Shown here: positions 24,445 to 38,325 of the stretch, piece after piece | Numbering within the stretch: position 1 is the stretch's first letter | Layout: the number at the start of each line of letters is the position of its first letter | Assembly: GCA_002269645.1 (NCBI GenBank) | Contig: NIVC01001013.1 | Span: 1-64,000 of the forward strand | DNA length: 64,000 nt | Source of the DNA: Macrostomum lignano | Lineage: Eukaryota | Reading direction: 5' to 3' | The notes under the pieces: generated by a model | Databases searched by the model: none | Told to the model about the DNA's origin: nothing | The model's input: only the letters and a program-made list of their open reading frames with translations | Made by a program: the position numbers and the translations under genes

Positions 24445-26730
24445 GTCGGCCAAGTGAGAATAAAAATTGAACACAAAAACAAAATGACCAATTTTTTAGG
24501 AATTCAATTTCGCGATCGACAGCCTGACTGGCGAGCTGGAGCTGCGGGTGTACGATCGAGACTTGCTGAGCATTCGCGACGACTACATGGGCCGCTGCCT
24601 GCTGCCTCTGGCGGCCCTCCGCCCCGGCCAGCAGCAGCTCAGCCTTCGCCTGCCGCTGGCTGACGAAACCGGACAGGCCGCCGAGGCCTGCATGGGCGAC
24701 TTGCAGTTCACGGCTGCGCTCCTACCGGCTGCCGTTAATGCTGCGACAAAGCCGCCACAGATGCAGGTTGGTAGCTGGAGTAGTCGTCAGGTGCTCAGCT
24801 GCAGCCACTGTAAACCCTGAAGCACTCTATGCATTAACCTTAAATGTCGGGAGGTCAGTGCCCCCCTCCCCCAATCTCAATTCACGGGAGGCAACTGACG
24901 AGACAGACTTCAGGCTAGCTCTACTTTAACTAGTATAAATCTGCGATTTTCGAATCAAGGGCGACACTACTACAAGTAGTTTCGATTCTTTATAGACATT
25001 TTTCCCCAAAATTTTATCTGCGTAATCTAAACACATTTAGTCCTTGACTATATGGCCAGAGACCTGGAATGGAACCCGGTTACAGCTCCGCACCGAAACG
25101 CCCCTCCCCATTTGCGCCAATTCAGGAGTCCGTAGTCAATGTCGGCCTCATCGACATTGTCGGCCTGACCACCACCAGCAGCAGTAGCTGCGGGCCAGAC
25201 TCGGCCGATGACTCGACGCTGTCGAATCGCCCGCTCTATGCTCAGCTGCAGCTGGGCGAACAGACTTGCCGCAGCCGCCTCGCCCACCGCGGCCACGGCT
25301 GGGACGAGGACCTGCGCATGCCGCTGCCGCTTTCGGCCAGGCATCGCCAGCTTGACGTGGCAGTGTACGAGCGCCACCTCACCAGCCAGGACATCCTGCT
25401 GGGCCGAGCGCGAGTCCCGCTGCTGCCAGCCGAGTCGCGATGGGGCGGCGACCTCATCGTGGCGCCGCTGTTGGACCATCCGGCTGGCGGGCCGGCAGTT
25501 CGGCTGACCCTCGATTTGCTGCCGAGCCTTGCCGACGCAGGGGGCGACAAAGACGAATACGACTTCGACGATGACTTCGGGGGCGACGGTGCCATCGGCT
25601 GCATCGGAGTTCGCGTGGCAGCGGCGGAGCTGCTGAAGCCCGGAGCTAGCGCGAACTCGGCCGCTGGCGCATTCTGCACGGTGCGGCTGGGCAACTCGCA
25701 GCTCAGCGCCCGACTGGCTGAGGCCAGCGGCCGCAGTCGGGAGCTGAGATTTCGCGTGCGCGACCTCCACTCCGAGCTGCAGGTGGCCGTCTTTGAGGAG
25801 GCCAAGCGGCAGCAGCAGCAGCCGGTTCTGCTGGGCCGGTTGGCGCTCCGCCTGCCGCAGCTGCTGGATGGCGCCGATGCTCGCGGCAGCCGGTCGAGCT
25901 GGCACAGCCTGAAGGACAAGCGTCTGGAGGCCTGGACGGGCGGCCGGCTCAGGCTGGAGACGCGGCTTCAGTACAGCTGGATCGGCGCCGCCGTGCGTGC
26001 CATCGGGCCGCGGCAGCCGCAACTGCGCGATCGGCCGGAGGCGAAGCTGAGGCTCCGCCTGGTGCGCCGAGACGCCCGACGGTGCGCCGCCTTCATCGAG
26101 ACCGCCGCCCGGGTTGGCGCCTTCGCCAACAGCTGCTTCCAGTGGGAGGACCCGGCCCGGAGCGCCGCTGCCCTAGCCAGCTACGTTGCCATCGTGTGGA
26201 ACCTGCAGCCCTTCATGCTGCCGCTGGCTCCGCTGGCTCTGCTTCTCCTCAACTGGCTGGCCCGGCTATGCCAGCCGGCTGAGGACAGGCCGATGGTGCA
26301 AACTGCAGTCGATCCCAGCGGCGGCAAAGCTGACTTTTCGGTAGACGAATCGGCTGCCGCGGCAGGAGTGGATGATGAAGCGGACACCGATGACCTGTCC
26401 TGGTTGCAGCGAGCCAGAGCCGCTCAGGATCTGCTGCTGCGACTTCAAGACGGCCTGGATGTTGCGGCCTCCAGCGCTGAGCGGCTCCGCAATCTAGCTG
26501 GGTGGCGGGAGCCCCGCATCTCCTGCCTGGCCGTCGCGCTGCTCTCAGCCGCCTCGCTGGCCCTCGGCCTGCTGCCGCTGCGGCTGCTGGCGCTGGCCTG
26601 GGGCGTCAACAAGTTCAGCAAGAAGCTGCTCCGGCCTGGCGCCGATGACAGCAACGAGCTGCTCAATCTGCTGTCCCGGGTGCCGTCCGATGTAGATTTG
26701 GAGCGAACGAGGCCTCTGCCTCCGCCTTGA
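23874..26730 (+). CDS. MCTP: Multiple C2 and transmembrane domain protein; exons 23874-24041, 24500-24766, 25060-26730; ~701 aa
   Basis: C2A LVVRDSTGSSDPYV...PVWDE/EFNF...VYDRDLLSIRDDYMG, two further C2 domains, and the CFQWED...WGVNKFSKKLLRP...NELLNLLSRVPSD PRT_C tail. Intron 1 is GC-AG. Confidence 0.88.
24128..24445. repeat. (CAA)n-rich microsatellite with an internally duplicated block (MCTP intron 1)
   Basis: Direct reading of the sequence. Confidence 0.9.
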
Positions 26731-27155
26731 TGCTTTGATTATTTGATGATTTGATGCTTGGATGATTTGGTGCTTGGATGCCTTGATGCTTTGATGCCTT
26801 GATGATTTGATGCTTTGATGCTTTGATGCTTTGATGATTTGATGATTTGATGATTTGGTGCTTGGATGCCTTGATGCTTTGATGCCTTGATGATTTGATG
26901 CTTTGATGCTTTGATGCTTTGATGTTTTGATGCTTTGATGCCATGAAACCTTGATACCTTGTAGCCTTGATTTTTTAGTACTTTAATGCCTAGATGATTT
27001 TATGCCTTGATGCTTTGATTATTTAATACTTTGATGCTTTGATGCCTTGATGCCTTGATGATTTGATGCTTGGATGCCTTGATGATATAATTTATTGATG
27101 CTTTAATGCCATGATGCCTTGATTCTTTGATGCTTTAATGCCTTGATGCTTCGAT
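26728..27155. repeat. 8-9-bp TTGATGCT/TTGATGCC/TTGATGAT array starting at the MCTP stop codon
   Basis: Direct reading of the sequence. Confidence 0.9.
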
Positions 27156-27628
27156 GTATTCGATATCTTGTCTAGATACGTTTTTAAATCCCATGCAGTT
27201 CAATATTTTTAAACTGTCGAATTTTCGTATTTTGCGATTCGATTTTTGAGCATATGGACTAGATTTATTTTGTATATTAATTGGCGACTGGCTTAATCAC
27301 ATTTTTATTCGATTACTATAAGTAGTAGTTGACAGATTTTCTACATGAATGCTCATCTGTAGTTCTTTTAACTCGAAAACTCGCGCGGTAAATCCTGGAT
27401 TAAAGTTGAATTAAACAGTTAAACAGTCACCAATGAGTTCAAAACTTTTTGAGAAGTCTTTGAGTCTTGAATACGTGTAGCTGATTCCGCCAAGATATTA
27501 ATACAACGCTTTTGCCCTCTGGATGCCGTGGGTCGGTGGTTCGAATCTTGCCTTCTGGTAACTCATTTATTGAATGCTTCAAAACGCTCGTCAGAACGCA
27601 AAAGGCTGTGGGCACTGCCGCGAATCAA

Positions 27629-28100
27629 GGAGAGCGCTGTCTATGGCAGCGGAGAATATGGAGAGTGATGTCTATGGCAGCGGAGAATATGGAGAGTGCT
27701 GTCTATGGCAGCGGAGAATATGGAGAGAGCTGTCTATGGCAGCGGAGAATATGGAGAGAGCTGTCTATGGCAGCGGAGAATATGGAGAGTGCTGTCTATG
27801 GCATCGGAGAATATGGAGAGTGCTGTCTATGGCATCGGAGAATATGGAGAGTGATGTCTATGGCAGCGGAGAATATGAAGGGTGATGTCTATGGCAGCGG
27901 AGAATATGAAGAGTGATGTCTATGGCAGCGGAGAATATGGAGAGTGATGTCTATGGCAGCGGAGAATATGGAGAGTGCTGTCTATGGCAGCGGAGAATAT
28001 GAAGGGTGATGTCTATGGCAGCGGAGAATATGAAGAGTGATGTCTATGGCAGCGGAGAATATGGAGAGTGATGTCTATGGCAGCGGAGAATATGGAGAGT
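27629..28100. repeat. 31-bp tandem repeat, ~15 copies
   Basis: Unit GGAGAGTGATGTCTATGGCAGCGGAGAATAT. Confidence 0.92.
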
Positions 28101-28591
28101 GAGTCGCTTCGATCGATTTAGTAGTAAATTTGAGCTTAGAAAAGTTCTGTCATGGATCGCATTCGATCTCTTAGGTTAAAGCTGGCTTAAATGTTGCTGC
28201 AGCTCGGAAATTATCCCTTGATTAGATCTCATGTAGGCACTCTACATGTGCAGTGAAATGGATTAAAAGGGATGGCACTAAGGATCAAATAAGTGTCAAA
28301 AGCTTTCAGGGCTGATTTTCGGCTTTTAGTCTGGATTAACTTAAAAAGTTAGAACTCCTGAATTTCTATTTGGGGCAGAGAAATCGGCTGGAAACGAAGA
28401 CATTGGTTCCGTGGTTCAGCTTTAAAAAAGTAACTCCCTTAAATCCAGTTCCCAGTCTGCATAGTCCAATACTTCTGCAGAGCTCAGAAAGCGTTTCTCA
28501 ATTGGCATTATCAATAATGGCTTCTGTTCAGCTTGCACTGCGCATCTTGTGTGCTTTTGCTGTCCGTGAGTAACTGAATTATTGGTGCTGT

Positions 28592-29828
<1,237 letters not shown>

Positions 29829-31044
29829 CACTTCTCAGACTCACTCTAACCCGTGCACTCTCCGATCTCAGTGTCTGCCATAGCGGACTCCCGCCCTTGG
29901 AGACTGCCTGCAGTTGTCGATACCCGATTCCTTCGGCACAGCCAGCCGCCCCCGGCCAAGCGGACACCCGGCAGCCGGCACGGACATCTTTGGCCAGCAA
30001 CTGGATCTGGCTGACATCCAGTTTGAGGAAGACTCAATCCGTGCTACCAGTCGCGGCTCACGTCACGTCCCGGGCTTTCTTGGCTGAGTCGATGGGAGAA
30101 ATAAAACTGCTATGGCTGTCGGGCTGCTTACCGGGCCCAGATTTAGCATTCGATGTTGGGCTTTGTCACAGTAGAGCACCAACTTAAAAACTAATATATA
30201 AACTACAAACGTACTGTGACATTCAAAACCTGAAAATGGATGTCAGTTAATAAAGACTAAATAATTTGAGTTGAATAAGCTCTTCCTTAAAGAAGCTTTC
30301 GTGAGACTTTATTGGTTTGACAGGTTCGGAAGTCCGGCGCCGACATTGTTGCGGCCTTCCTCTGCTTGGAGATGCCATGTTGCAGCAGCGAAAATAGCCC
30401 CCAGCTCTGAGTAGCTAATCTAAAAATGTTACGTAGTCAGCTTACATGTACTACCTGTGTAGACGGCCAGCTTAATGACAGACTTTAACAACAAGCTATG
30501 TCCTGTCATTGCAAGCTTAGCCCAATGATTGCTCAACTGACTCTGTGAAGTATAGGTGTGCCGGTCTCTACGGTCAGGGAAGCAGCAGGGCTTGAGCTAA
30601 TCATGATTCTTTAGGCTCAACTGAAATCTTATTTGAAAAAAATCTAAATGGATGTTATTGAAACGTACAAGACAGCTTTGAATCATGAAACCTTGAATCG
30701 TTCCGCCATCTTTCGATCTGAATCAATGGTATTTATTCCTCAATTCGCCTGGCTTAGAAGCATCATTAAGGCTATCAAATTGAAGCAAAAATCGCTATTG
30801 TAGCGACTAATTGAGTTCATGTCGTTGTGACAGCTCGGTTGCGACTTTAAGCCGAATATTAGGTGCTCGAATAGCGTCTTTTTATTAGCTATTTGAAGTA
30901 GTATTTCTTGAATAGTCAGAAGTAGCTCACGCATGCACACTACAGGCTAGCAAAGCAACAACAGATTTATCATAAGAATTCACTGGGCTGAGAGCAGTTA
31001 AAACCGTATTTTTTCAACTCGCGGTCTCGAACCCCCGGCTGGGC

Positions 31045-33478
31045 TCACTGGCAGCAGCCGCGCAGCTGGAAGCGGTAAAAGTCGCCCCCAATCGGCTCGA
31101 ACAGGTTCTGCCCCGCAGTGCCCGTGCCGACCCGGACTTGCCGATTTAGAAATCGTCCCTTTCGAAGCGACTTCTTCGGGATCACGAATGAAATGGTGCG
31201 GCAGCTCATGCCTCTCGGCGGTGGCCCCGAGTTGGCCAATACGCAGAAGGAATTAGCAAAGTGAGACTGCCACGCAGATTTGACGGCATCGATTGACCGA
31301 TTGACCGTATTGGACAGAGACTGAAGCTTCGACCACAGGCCATCGATTGAGCCTGCATCAGCTCCCGGGTACAGCTCTGACGAGTCGTCAGCTGATCGGT
31401 AGCGCACCTACAAAGTGGAAATAATTTAATTACCCATTTTCCGTAATGAGAACGCATGACAGAACAGAACGGCAAAGCAATAGAAGGTCGACTACAAGCA
31501 CAATGGACCAAAGAGGATGTCAAGTTTAGCTGCAGTTTAAAAACTGCAGGAGCACAAGGATTGGATGTCTCGGGAAATTCAAGATATTGATTGCAGTCGT
31601 CAGCAATCTGCTGAGCTTTGCTTCGGGCTTCATTTTGTAGCAACAGTTGACATCCCCTATTGACAAACTTTCCAGCGCTAAGATCGGTCACAACTTATAT
31701 CTTGAAAATCCTACACAATTCCTGCCGTTTATACAGCCTAAATTGACTATTTTTACAAATTTGAATTGACCCCACGGCCGTTTTCAAGGCTATTCCATTG
31801 TGAAAGCTTCAATGGAAAGCAGGTTCAATAATACGTCACAGACCGACGAGGACGGGCCCGTATCGGCTCGAGAGCTGGCCATAACGGTGGCCATGCGTTG
31901 CAGCTCGGTGGATGCGCTATTCGCTCGACGCAACAATTCCAAATAGCGCATGCGCATTATTTTTGCTTGCGCTTCCCAAGTGAGCTTTGTGTAGTCAGCG
32001 GAGCCGTGCACAGCCCGACAGAGCGGCACTACATGGTCCCGCTGCTCAGAAACTCGGTAGTGGAGAACAACGTCGCGCATAGCGAAGGTTCCAGCACCCA
32101 GCAGCCGTCGAGTGTCCAGCTGGTACAGCTGCACATTCGGCGACGGCACGAAACGTACGCTAGCGGCATTCCACGAGACCGCGCTTCCAAGTGACGTTGC
32201 TAGTTCGCAAGCAGCGTCGACGGGTATCGCCTCAGCTCCAGGGCGATTGTAAGAGGCGAGGAACTCGCGGAGTGGAGCAACCGCACCTGCTGGCAGCTCG
32301 CCATCATCAGCCAGCCTTGTCAGCAATGTGACAGAGTCGCTTGCAGGACGAACGTGCCCGGGCAGTCCTCCAACTTCGGCTGTGAACAGCATGTTGAAAA
32401 GTTTGGCCAGCATGTCTGGACGGAGGGCTCCACTGGTTGGGCTGTCAGTCAATCCTCGACTGTTGTGCGGCGGCTGCCAGAAGACTTGATCGGCCCACTG
32501 AGTCAAACTAGCTCCTCTGACGGGCGAACGACGCAATAGAAGTTCGGCATCCGCAAGCAGAGCTCCGAGCGCCTCCGAGTTGATGCTATCAGCTCGCTGC
32601 TCTCCGGTTTGCTGCTCCTGCAGCTCATCAAGCGCAGCACGGCGCAGTTCCCCAGCCAGCTGGTCGATCGCGGCTTCCGAAGCCAGAACTACACCCGACG
32701 ACTTGAGTGCGAGCCAGTTCAGCTGAGTAAACAGTGGCGAACGTAGCAGGTGTCGGCTTGCCAAAGTTACTGAGAGGCGCCGCTGGGTGTTGCAACGAAT
32801 GCGGTACTTTAGGTCAAAGATTTGCCCAGCTGAGCCGTCCGTGTCTCCCAGTTGTGCCATTAAAAATCGGCAATCATCCAAGTTTTTACACGACACCGTA
32901 AAATTAACTCGCGCCAGCGGCCTCTGCGCATCCTGCCAGCCGTAGATAAGACGGAACCTCTGCCCAAAGTCCTCCCCAAGCCAATGATGGGCTTGAGCTG
33001 ACCAATTCAGCGTCAACTCAGTCAGCGGCATCAGCTCTACATGAGCTGGTGCGTCATCAAACCTAGCATCTGGAGGCGGAGTGAGCTGGTCTGTCGCCGC
33101 GGACAGGAACTCGTCAGTCCACAGCAGTATCGATAGTCGCAGCATAGTGCCGCTTTCAAATGGCCGCTCAGTAGTATTGGAAACTTCCGAATCCTTGGCG
33201 CGGACGGTGGCGCTATTGTCTGGATTGATGACCAGCAAAGAGCTGCAATCCAACAGAGCGAGCGGTGGAAAAAAGTAGCGCCTTGATTCGCTGCTGCTGT
33301 TTCCGGCGTTTTGAAACATTGGCACTTGCATTCCGTGGTACACAATAGAACGGGTGCTGCTGATCGATACGGACACTTGATGCACCGGCGTGGCTGAGTC
33401 CGTCAATGCCGCAGCAGTTTCTGTTGGCAACAACAGTGTTGTCAGGATGAGCAGCAGCAGCAACTTGATCGCAAACAT
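31045..33478 (-). CDS. Secreted protein of unknown function; exons 33478-31835 and 31407-31045; ~668 aa
   Basis: Signal peptide MFAIKLLLLLILTTLLLPTETAAA and a long open frame. A phase-0 GT-AG intron joins VCD/VRYRS. Cys-containing C-terminal domain ending GCCQ. Confidence 0.75.
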
Positions 33479-34699
33479 TTCGGCTTCTTTATTAGAAAAG
33501 TATTAGTTTCTTCTCGCAAGATATTGAAGGCTTTGTGTGGCTTCTGCAGATTGCTTTTTCACATATCTGATGGTAGCTGATTCCTACCGGCTTCCGCTGA
33601 TTACTTGCTTATATAACCTCCTAGAAGCAAGAAGCCTAGCAACCAAGGAATTTCTTAATTGGGTCGGAATTGGCTGCATGTGCAAGCTGATACCAACATC
33701 TGAATCTACATAGATGCCAAAATCACGTGCTATTCGGGTGGGTCTAAGATTAGAAAACCCTCACTGGAACTCTCCAGTTGCTTTCGATGGGATCAGCTGA
33801 CCGACGAATTCCCATTTCGGTTTTTGCAAGATCCATTTCTGTGCATTTTTGTGCCATACCGAAAAGGGGCTGCAGAATAAATATACCAAATGATGCAAAG
33901 TTAGCGGTCTGCCAAGTTGTGAAATACTGAAGCAGAGAGTTTTTGACGAAGCATAGAGGGCTATATGTAATTCTACTTCCTTTTAACATTGTACATTAGT
34001 GTACTGGTCTAATGATGAAGTGATATGTATACTGTATCAGCAAAATGCGATCACGATATAATTCTAGCCGCTTTAATTATAGCCTTGAGGTCGTCCGAAC
34101 TCTAAAGCACTGATTAGCACATGTGGCGCTATTGATCGAGTATACATGCATGCATGTGCATGTATATATCAGATAATAATCGTTTGTACGAGCCCCCGAA
34201 TCAATATTTCGTTGGTTATCCTATAATATATCGAATCTGAGCAGCTACGTGGTGTGCTGATAATATACTATACATGTCATTACATGTACATATGTGCATG
34301 CATAAAAAATTACCAGCCTGCGTTTTTGCCGAGTGCATTTAAACAAATTTCAACTATTCAAAATTCTTGTGGCATGTTTTTTGTACAACAAGCATGCATA
34401 TGACCGGATTTTCGGTTCTCGGTTCAGTTCCGAAATTTAAATTAGTTCACTCCGGATTGCCTCTAAATAGTTAGTGTATAAACAAAGTAAAAACATTTCT
34501 GCTCCAATTTTACTTAAACATTAAATAAAAAAGCATTGCCATTGCAATAAATATCTAAATTATATTTTTTATGATAGTTTTACATTTTATTGTACTTTTT
34601 TCGTCAGTCATTTTAGCGCGCATATGAAACTTATCCACACGAAATTCAAAAGCACATTGCTTTCGAAGTGCTTTGAATGAGAATACACTAAGGCAAAGG

Positions 34700-34888
34700 C
34701 AGTGGCGCAACCAGGTGGGGGCGGGGGGCTGTCGCCCCCCTCTTATAGGCGCGGAGACCCAAAAAATCAAAGAATCAAAGGGGGACCAAGCGAATTTTCG
34801 CCAAAACAGAGCCACCCCGTCCGCCCCACCTCCCGGGACTTTACCCTCCAGAATCCGCCCCCTCATAAAATTTCTGGTTGCACTACTG
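34700..34888. mobile_element. hAT-type MITE, inverted relative of 3537-3684
   Basis: TIR CAGTGGCGCAACCAG / CTGGTTGCACTACTG; internal reverse-complement similarity to 3537-3684. Confidence 0.8.
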
Positions 34889-35349
34889 AACGAAAGTTTC
34901 CTTACACACCCTCTCTTCAATATAAATTTATAATTATATTATATTTTAATATAAAATTATGATATTAATTACATATTATAATTATAATTTTAATTTTACT
35001 TACATGTATATATAATTATATAATTAAAAAAGATATTTAATTTATCTGCACTTTCTTTGAAAATTTAACCTCATAAAAATAAAATATAAGCATTAAAAGT
35101 CATGCTTAAATGTCTTTTGCTGAGCAAAACTGTCACTCTATAATGATGGTATTAAATATTGACGCGTAGATGAACTTTGTTTTAGTTTTTAGTTACTCTT
35201 AAGACTATAAAAAAATTACCTGGGACTACATGAAGTATAACTTGTTTCAACTAATTGTTTTACTTAAATGAATAAAAAATATATACACAGTAAAAGTTAA
35301 TAGCTCATAACAGCAACAACTTAACAACAAATTATGCAGCTAGCAATCA

Positions 35350-36240
35350 AAGTCACAGAGCAGGGTGCTTCAGATGGCGCGCCGCAGAGCCTGAGAGCGG
35401 AGGAAGTCCGCCCCGTTGGCAGTGTCGGGCGCCCTGGCGTCGCGTACGTAGGAGGCAGTCCACGTATCGACGGGTTTGGGCCTGACCCCGCCTGAGCGGG
35501 CCCTGCAGAGTGAGCAACAGGGCTAGGACGTCCTGAACAGGTTGGGGGCAGTAGCCCTCGGCCCGGATCGCGTACGTGGCCCGCCAGTTGAAGTCGCCGC
35601 CGGCGCAGGATGGTGGACGGGCGCTGCAGCTTGGCCCGATCGTACAGGGCCTCAGTCCCGACGCTCTCATCAGCTCGAAAGGTCGCACGGAGCAGCCCTG
35701 AATGCGCCGAGTCCAGCTGCCGCTCTAAGCGTAGCCGTCAGTGTCCACGTCTCGGCGTTGTAGAGCACACCGCCTGCCACAGCCGACGAGCCCTCTGGCG
35801 GTCGGGCAGCGCTTCGGACTGGACGTCGGCTCGGATCGAACGGAAGGCCGCCCAGGCAAGTCCTCGGCGCCGCCGGATCGAGGTCCGTCCACGTGAGGCA
35901 CCAGACCGCCGAGTAGGTGATCCCGCTGGTAGCGTGCGCGCGAGCGTGGTCATCTGCCCGTCTGCGAGGCGACATGTCAGGTCCGCTAGCGCTGGGATGT
36001 CGGCCGGCACAGTCAGCACCTAGGTCTTTAGCGTGTTGACAACCAGTCCGACGCTCAATGCCACCTTGACCAACCTGTCGATCTGGCGGGATGCCACCTT
36101 GAACGGACGAGGACAGGAGGGCGAGTTCGTCGGCGTAGCCAAGCAAATAATAATAAGGCGCTTTTCGCCGTGGCGGCGACCGATGCGTCTGCGCAGCGCA
36201 GGAAGCCGTCGTTAGCCGAGGAGACTGCGGTCCGAAGCAC
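35350..36240 (-). mobile_element. RTE-type LINE 3' fragment, frameshifted
   Basis: LGYADELALLSS (RT motif), LAWAAFRSI, LYNAETWTLT, AEGYCPQPVQDV. Confidence 0.8.
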
Positions 36241-36889
36241 CCAGTGGCAGCAGCACGAAGAGAAACGGCGCCAAAGTGTCGCCATGCAGAACTCCTGATG
36301 AAGTGTCGAACTGATGATGATTTACATGTATGTAATCGCCCTACTAGTGAACCGTCTTCTCATGGGGGAAGGATCAGATCGTATGACTATGGATGGCTAC
36401 CAGCCGTCTATGACCAGACTATGACCGACAGATCGCCCTTCAGGTTGTCCCGCCCATGCATATTGATAACTTTTTGGTAGTGCTATATTAGAGACGCGGT
36501 AAGGACCCAAATGTGCCCCATCGATAGCTAAGGTGCAAATATTGATCATTGGGTTATTGCATGACCCACTGGCTGCCACCACTCTGTGACCTGGCGAACC
36601 TGGATCTACGGTATGACCAGACCTGGCGAGGCCGGAGCCCCCGCCTGGGATGGGTATCAAAGGGTTGGAGCTAGCGGTGAGCAGCATGCAGCCGAATAGC
36701 TGATAGGAATCTGCTTGGGCACAAATCGAGAACTCCGGGATCATACAGACGGATTTTTATCAGGGGATCTTTTAAGGCTGTGATGACATACGGTTCAGAT
36801 TGCAAAAAGTACATGTAGTGTATAGAGAACACGTAGAACAGCTATACGTGTACATCTAGTTTGGATTGATCAATGGGTTCGGGCCTGGC

Positions 36890-37180
36890 TCCTCATATGA
36901 AAGGTTTTTTCTCCACGGAGCACCAGACCGCTGATGTGATGAACCACTGCTGGCAGCGTGCGTCTGCGTCGTGGCATGTCAGGTCCGCTGATACGTCAGC
37001 AGACACAGTCAGCATCTCGGTCTTCAATATGCTGTCAACGCTTGAACCCACCTCTTTCTGTGCTTTCAACAGACGAGAAAAAGAGGCTGAGGTCGCCAGC
37101 GTTGCCAAACAAGCTCAGGTGTTTTTTGCCGCTGTGGCGAACGATGCGTCTCCACAACAGATAAAAAAGCAGGAAGAAAT
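36890..37180 (-). mobile_element. Second, more decayed RTE RT fragment
   Basis: Homologous to 35980-36210 (shared CATGTCAGGTCCGCT, CACAGTCAGCA and GCCAAGCAA-like blocks). Confidence 0.6.
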
Positions 37181-37182
37181 CT

Positions 37183-38325
37183 CTCCATTTCAGCATTCGA
37201 GGTGTGCCACGAAGCTCACAGATGTTCAATTGAAAAGATATTTTTGGTGTTAAGTCTACTCAGATGTTATATTGCAAAAATGTTTTTAGTTTAATTTTAA
37301 AAAGATTTTCCTTGCTGTAGTATGCATTTGATTTTTTTGTACAGTCACCATCTACGTCGTAAATTCTAAAGAAAATTCACTCCATTTCAGCATTCGAGGT
37401 GTGCCACGAAGCTCACAGATGTTCAATTGAAAAGATATTTTTGGTGTAAAGTCTACTCAGATGTTATATTGCAAAAATGCTTTTAGTTTAATTTTAAAAA
37501 GATTTTCCTTGCTGTAGTATGCATTTGATTTTTTTGTACAGTCACCATCTACGTCGTAAATTCTAAAGAAAATTCACTCCATTTCAGCATTCGAGGTGTG
37601 CCACGAAGCTCACAGATGTTCAATTGAAAAGATATTTTTGGTGTTAAGTCTACTCAGATGTTATATTGCAAAAATGCTTTTAGTTTAATTTTAAAAAGAT
37701 TTTCCTTGCTGTAGTATGCATTTGATTTTTTTGTACAGTCACCATCTACGTCGTAAATTCTAAAGAAAATTCACTCCATTTCAGCATTCGAGGTGTGCCA
37801 CGAAGCTCACAGATGTTCAATTGAAAAGATATTTTTGGTGTTAAGTCTACTCAGATGTTATATTGCAAAAATGCTTTTAGTTTAATTTTAAAAAGATTTT
37901 CCTTGCTGTAGTATGCATTTGATTTTTTTGTACAGTCACCATCTACGTCGTAAATTCTAAAGAAAATTCACTCCATTTCAGCATTCGAGGTGTGCCACGA
38001 AGCTCACAGATGTTCAATTGAAAAGATATTTTTGGTGTTAAGTCTACTCAGATGTTATATTGCAAAAATGCTTTTAGTTTAATTTTAAAAAGATTTTCCT
38101 TGCTGTAGTATGCATTTGATTTTTTTGTACAGTCACCATCTACGGCGTAAATTCTAAAGAAAATTCACTCCATTTCAGCATTCGAGGTGTGCCACGAAGC
38201 TCACAGATGTTCAATTGAAAAGATATTTTTTGTGTAAGGTCTACTCAGATGTTATATTGCAAAAATGCTATTAGTTTAATTTTAAAAAGATTTTCCTTAC
38301 TGTAGTATGCATTTGATTTTTTGTT
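37183..38325. repeat. 197-bp tandem repeat, ~5.8 nearly identical copies
   Basis: CTCCATTTCAGCATTCG at 37183, 37380, 37577, 37774, 37971 and 38168. Confidence 0.95.

Noticed and set aside
25048-26022. 324-aa antisense ORF over MCTP, and similar antisense ORFs over the LINE and PMS1
   Set aside because: Expected shadow ORFs of GC-rich coding sequence; no recognisable domains.
36290-36325. CTGATGA...CGAA as a hammerhead ribozyme
   Set aside because: No GAAA core and no convincing stems I-III.
36873-37253. 126-aa plus-strand ORF as a possible hAT or zinc-finger fragment
   Set aside because: The minus strand is homologous to the neighbouring RTE reverse transcriptase fragment.
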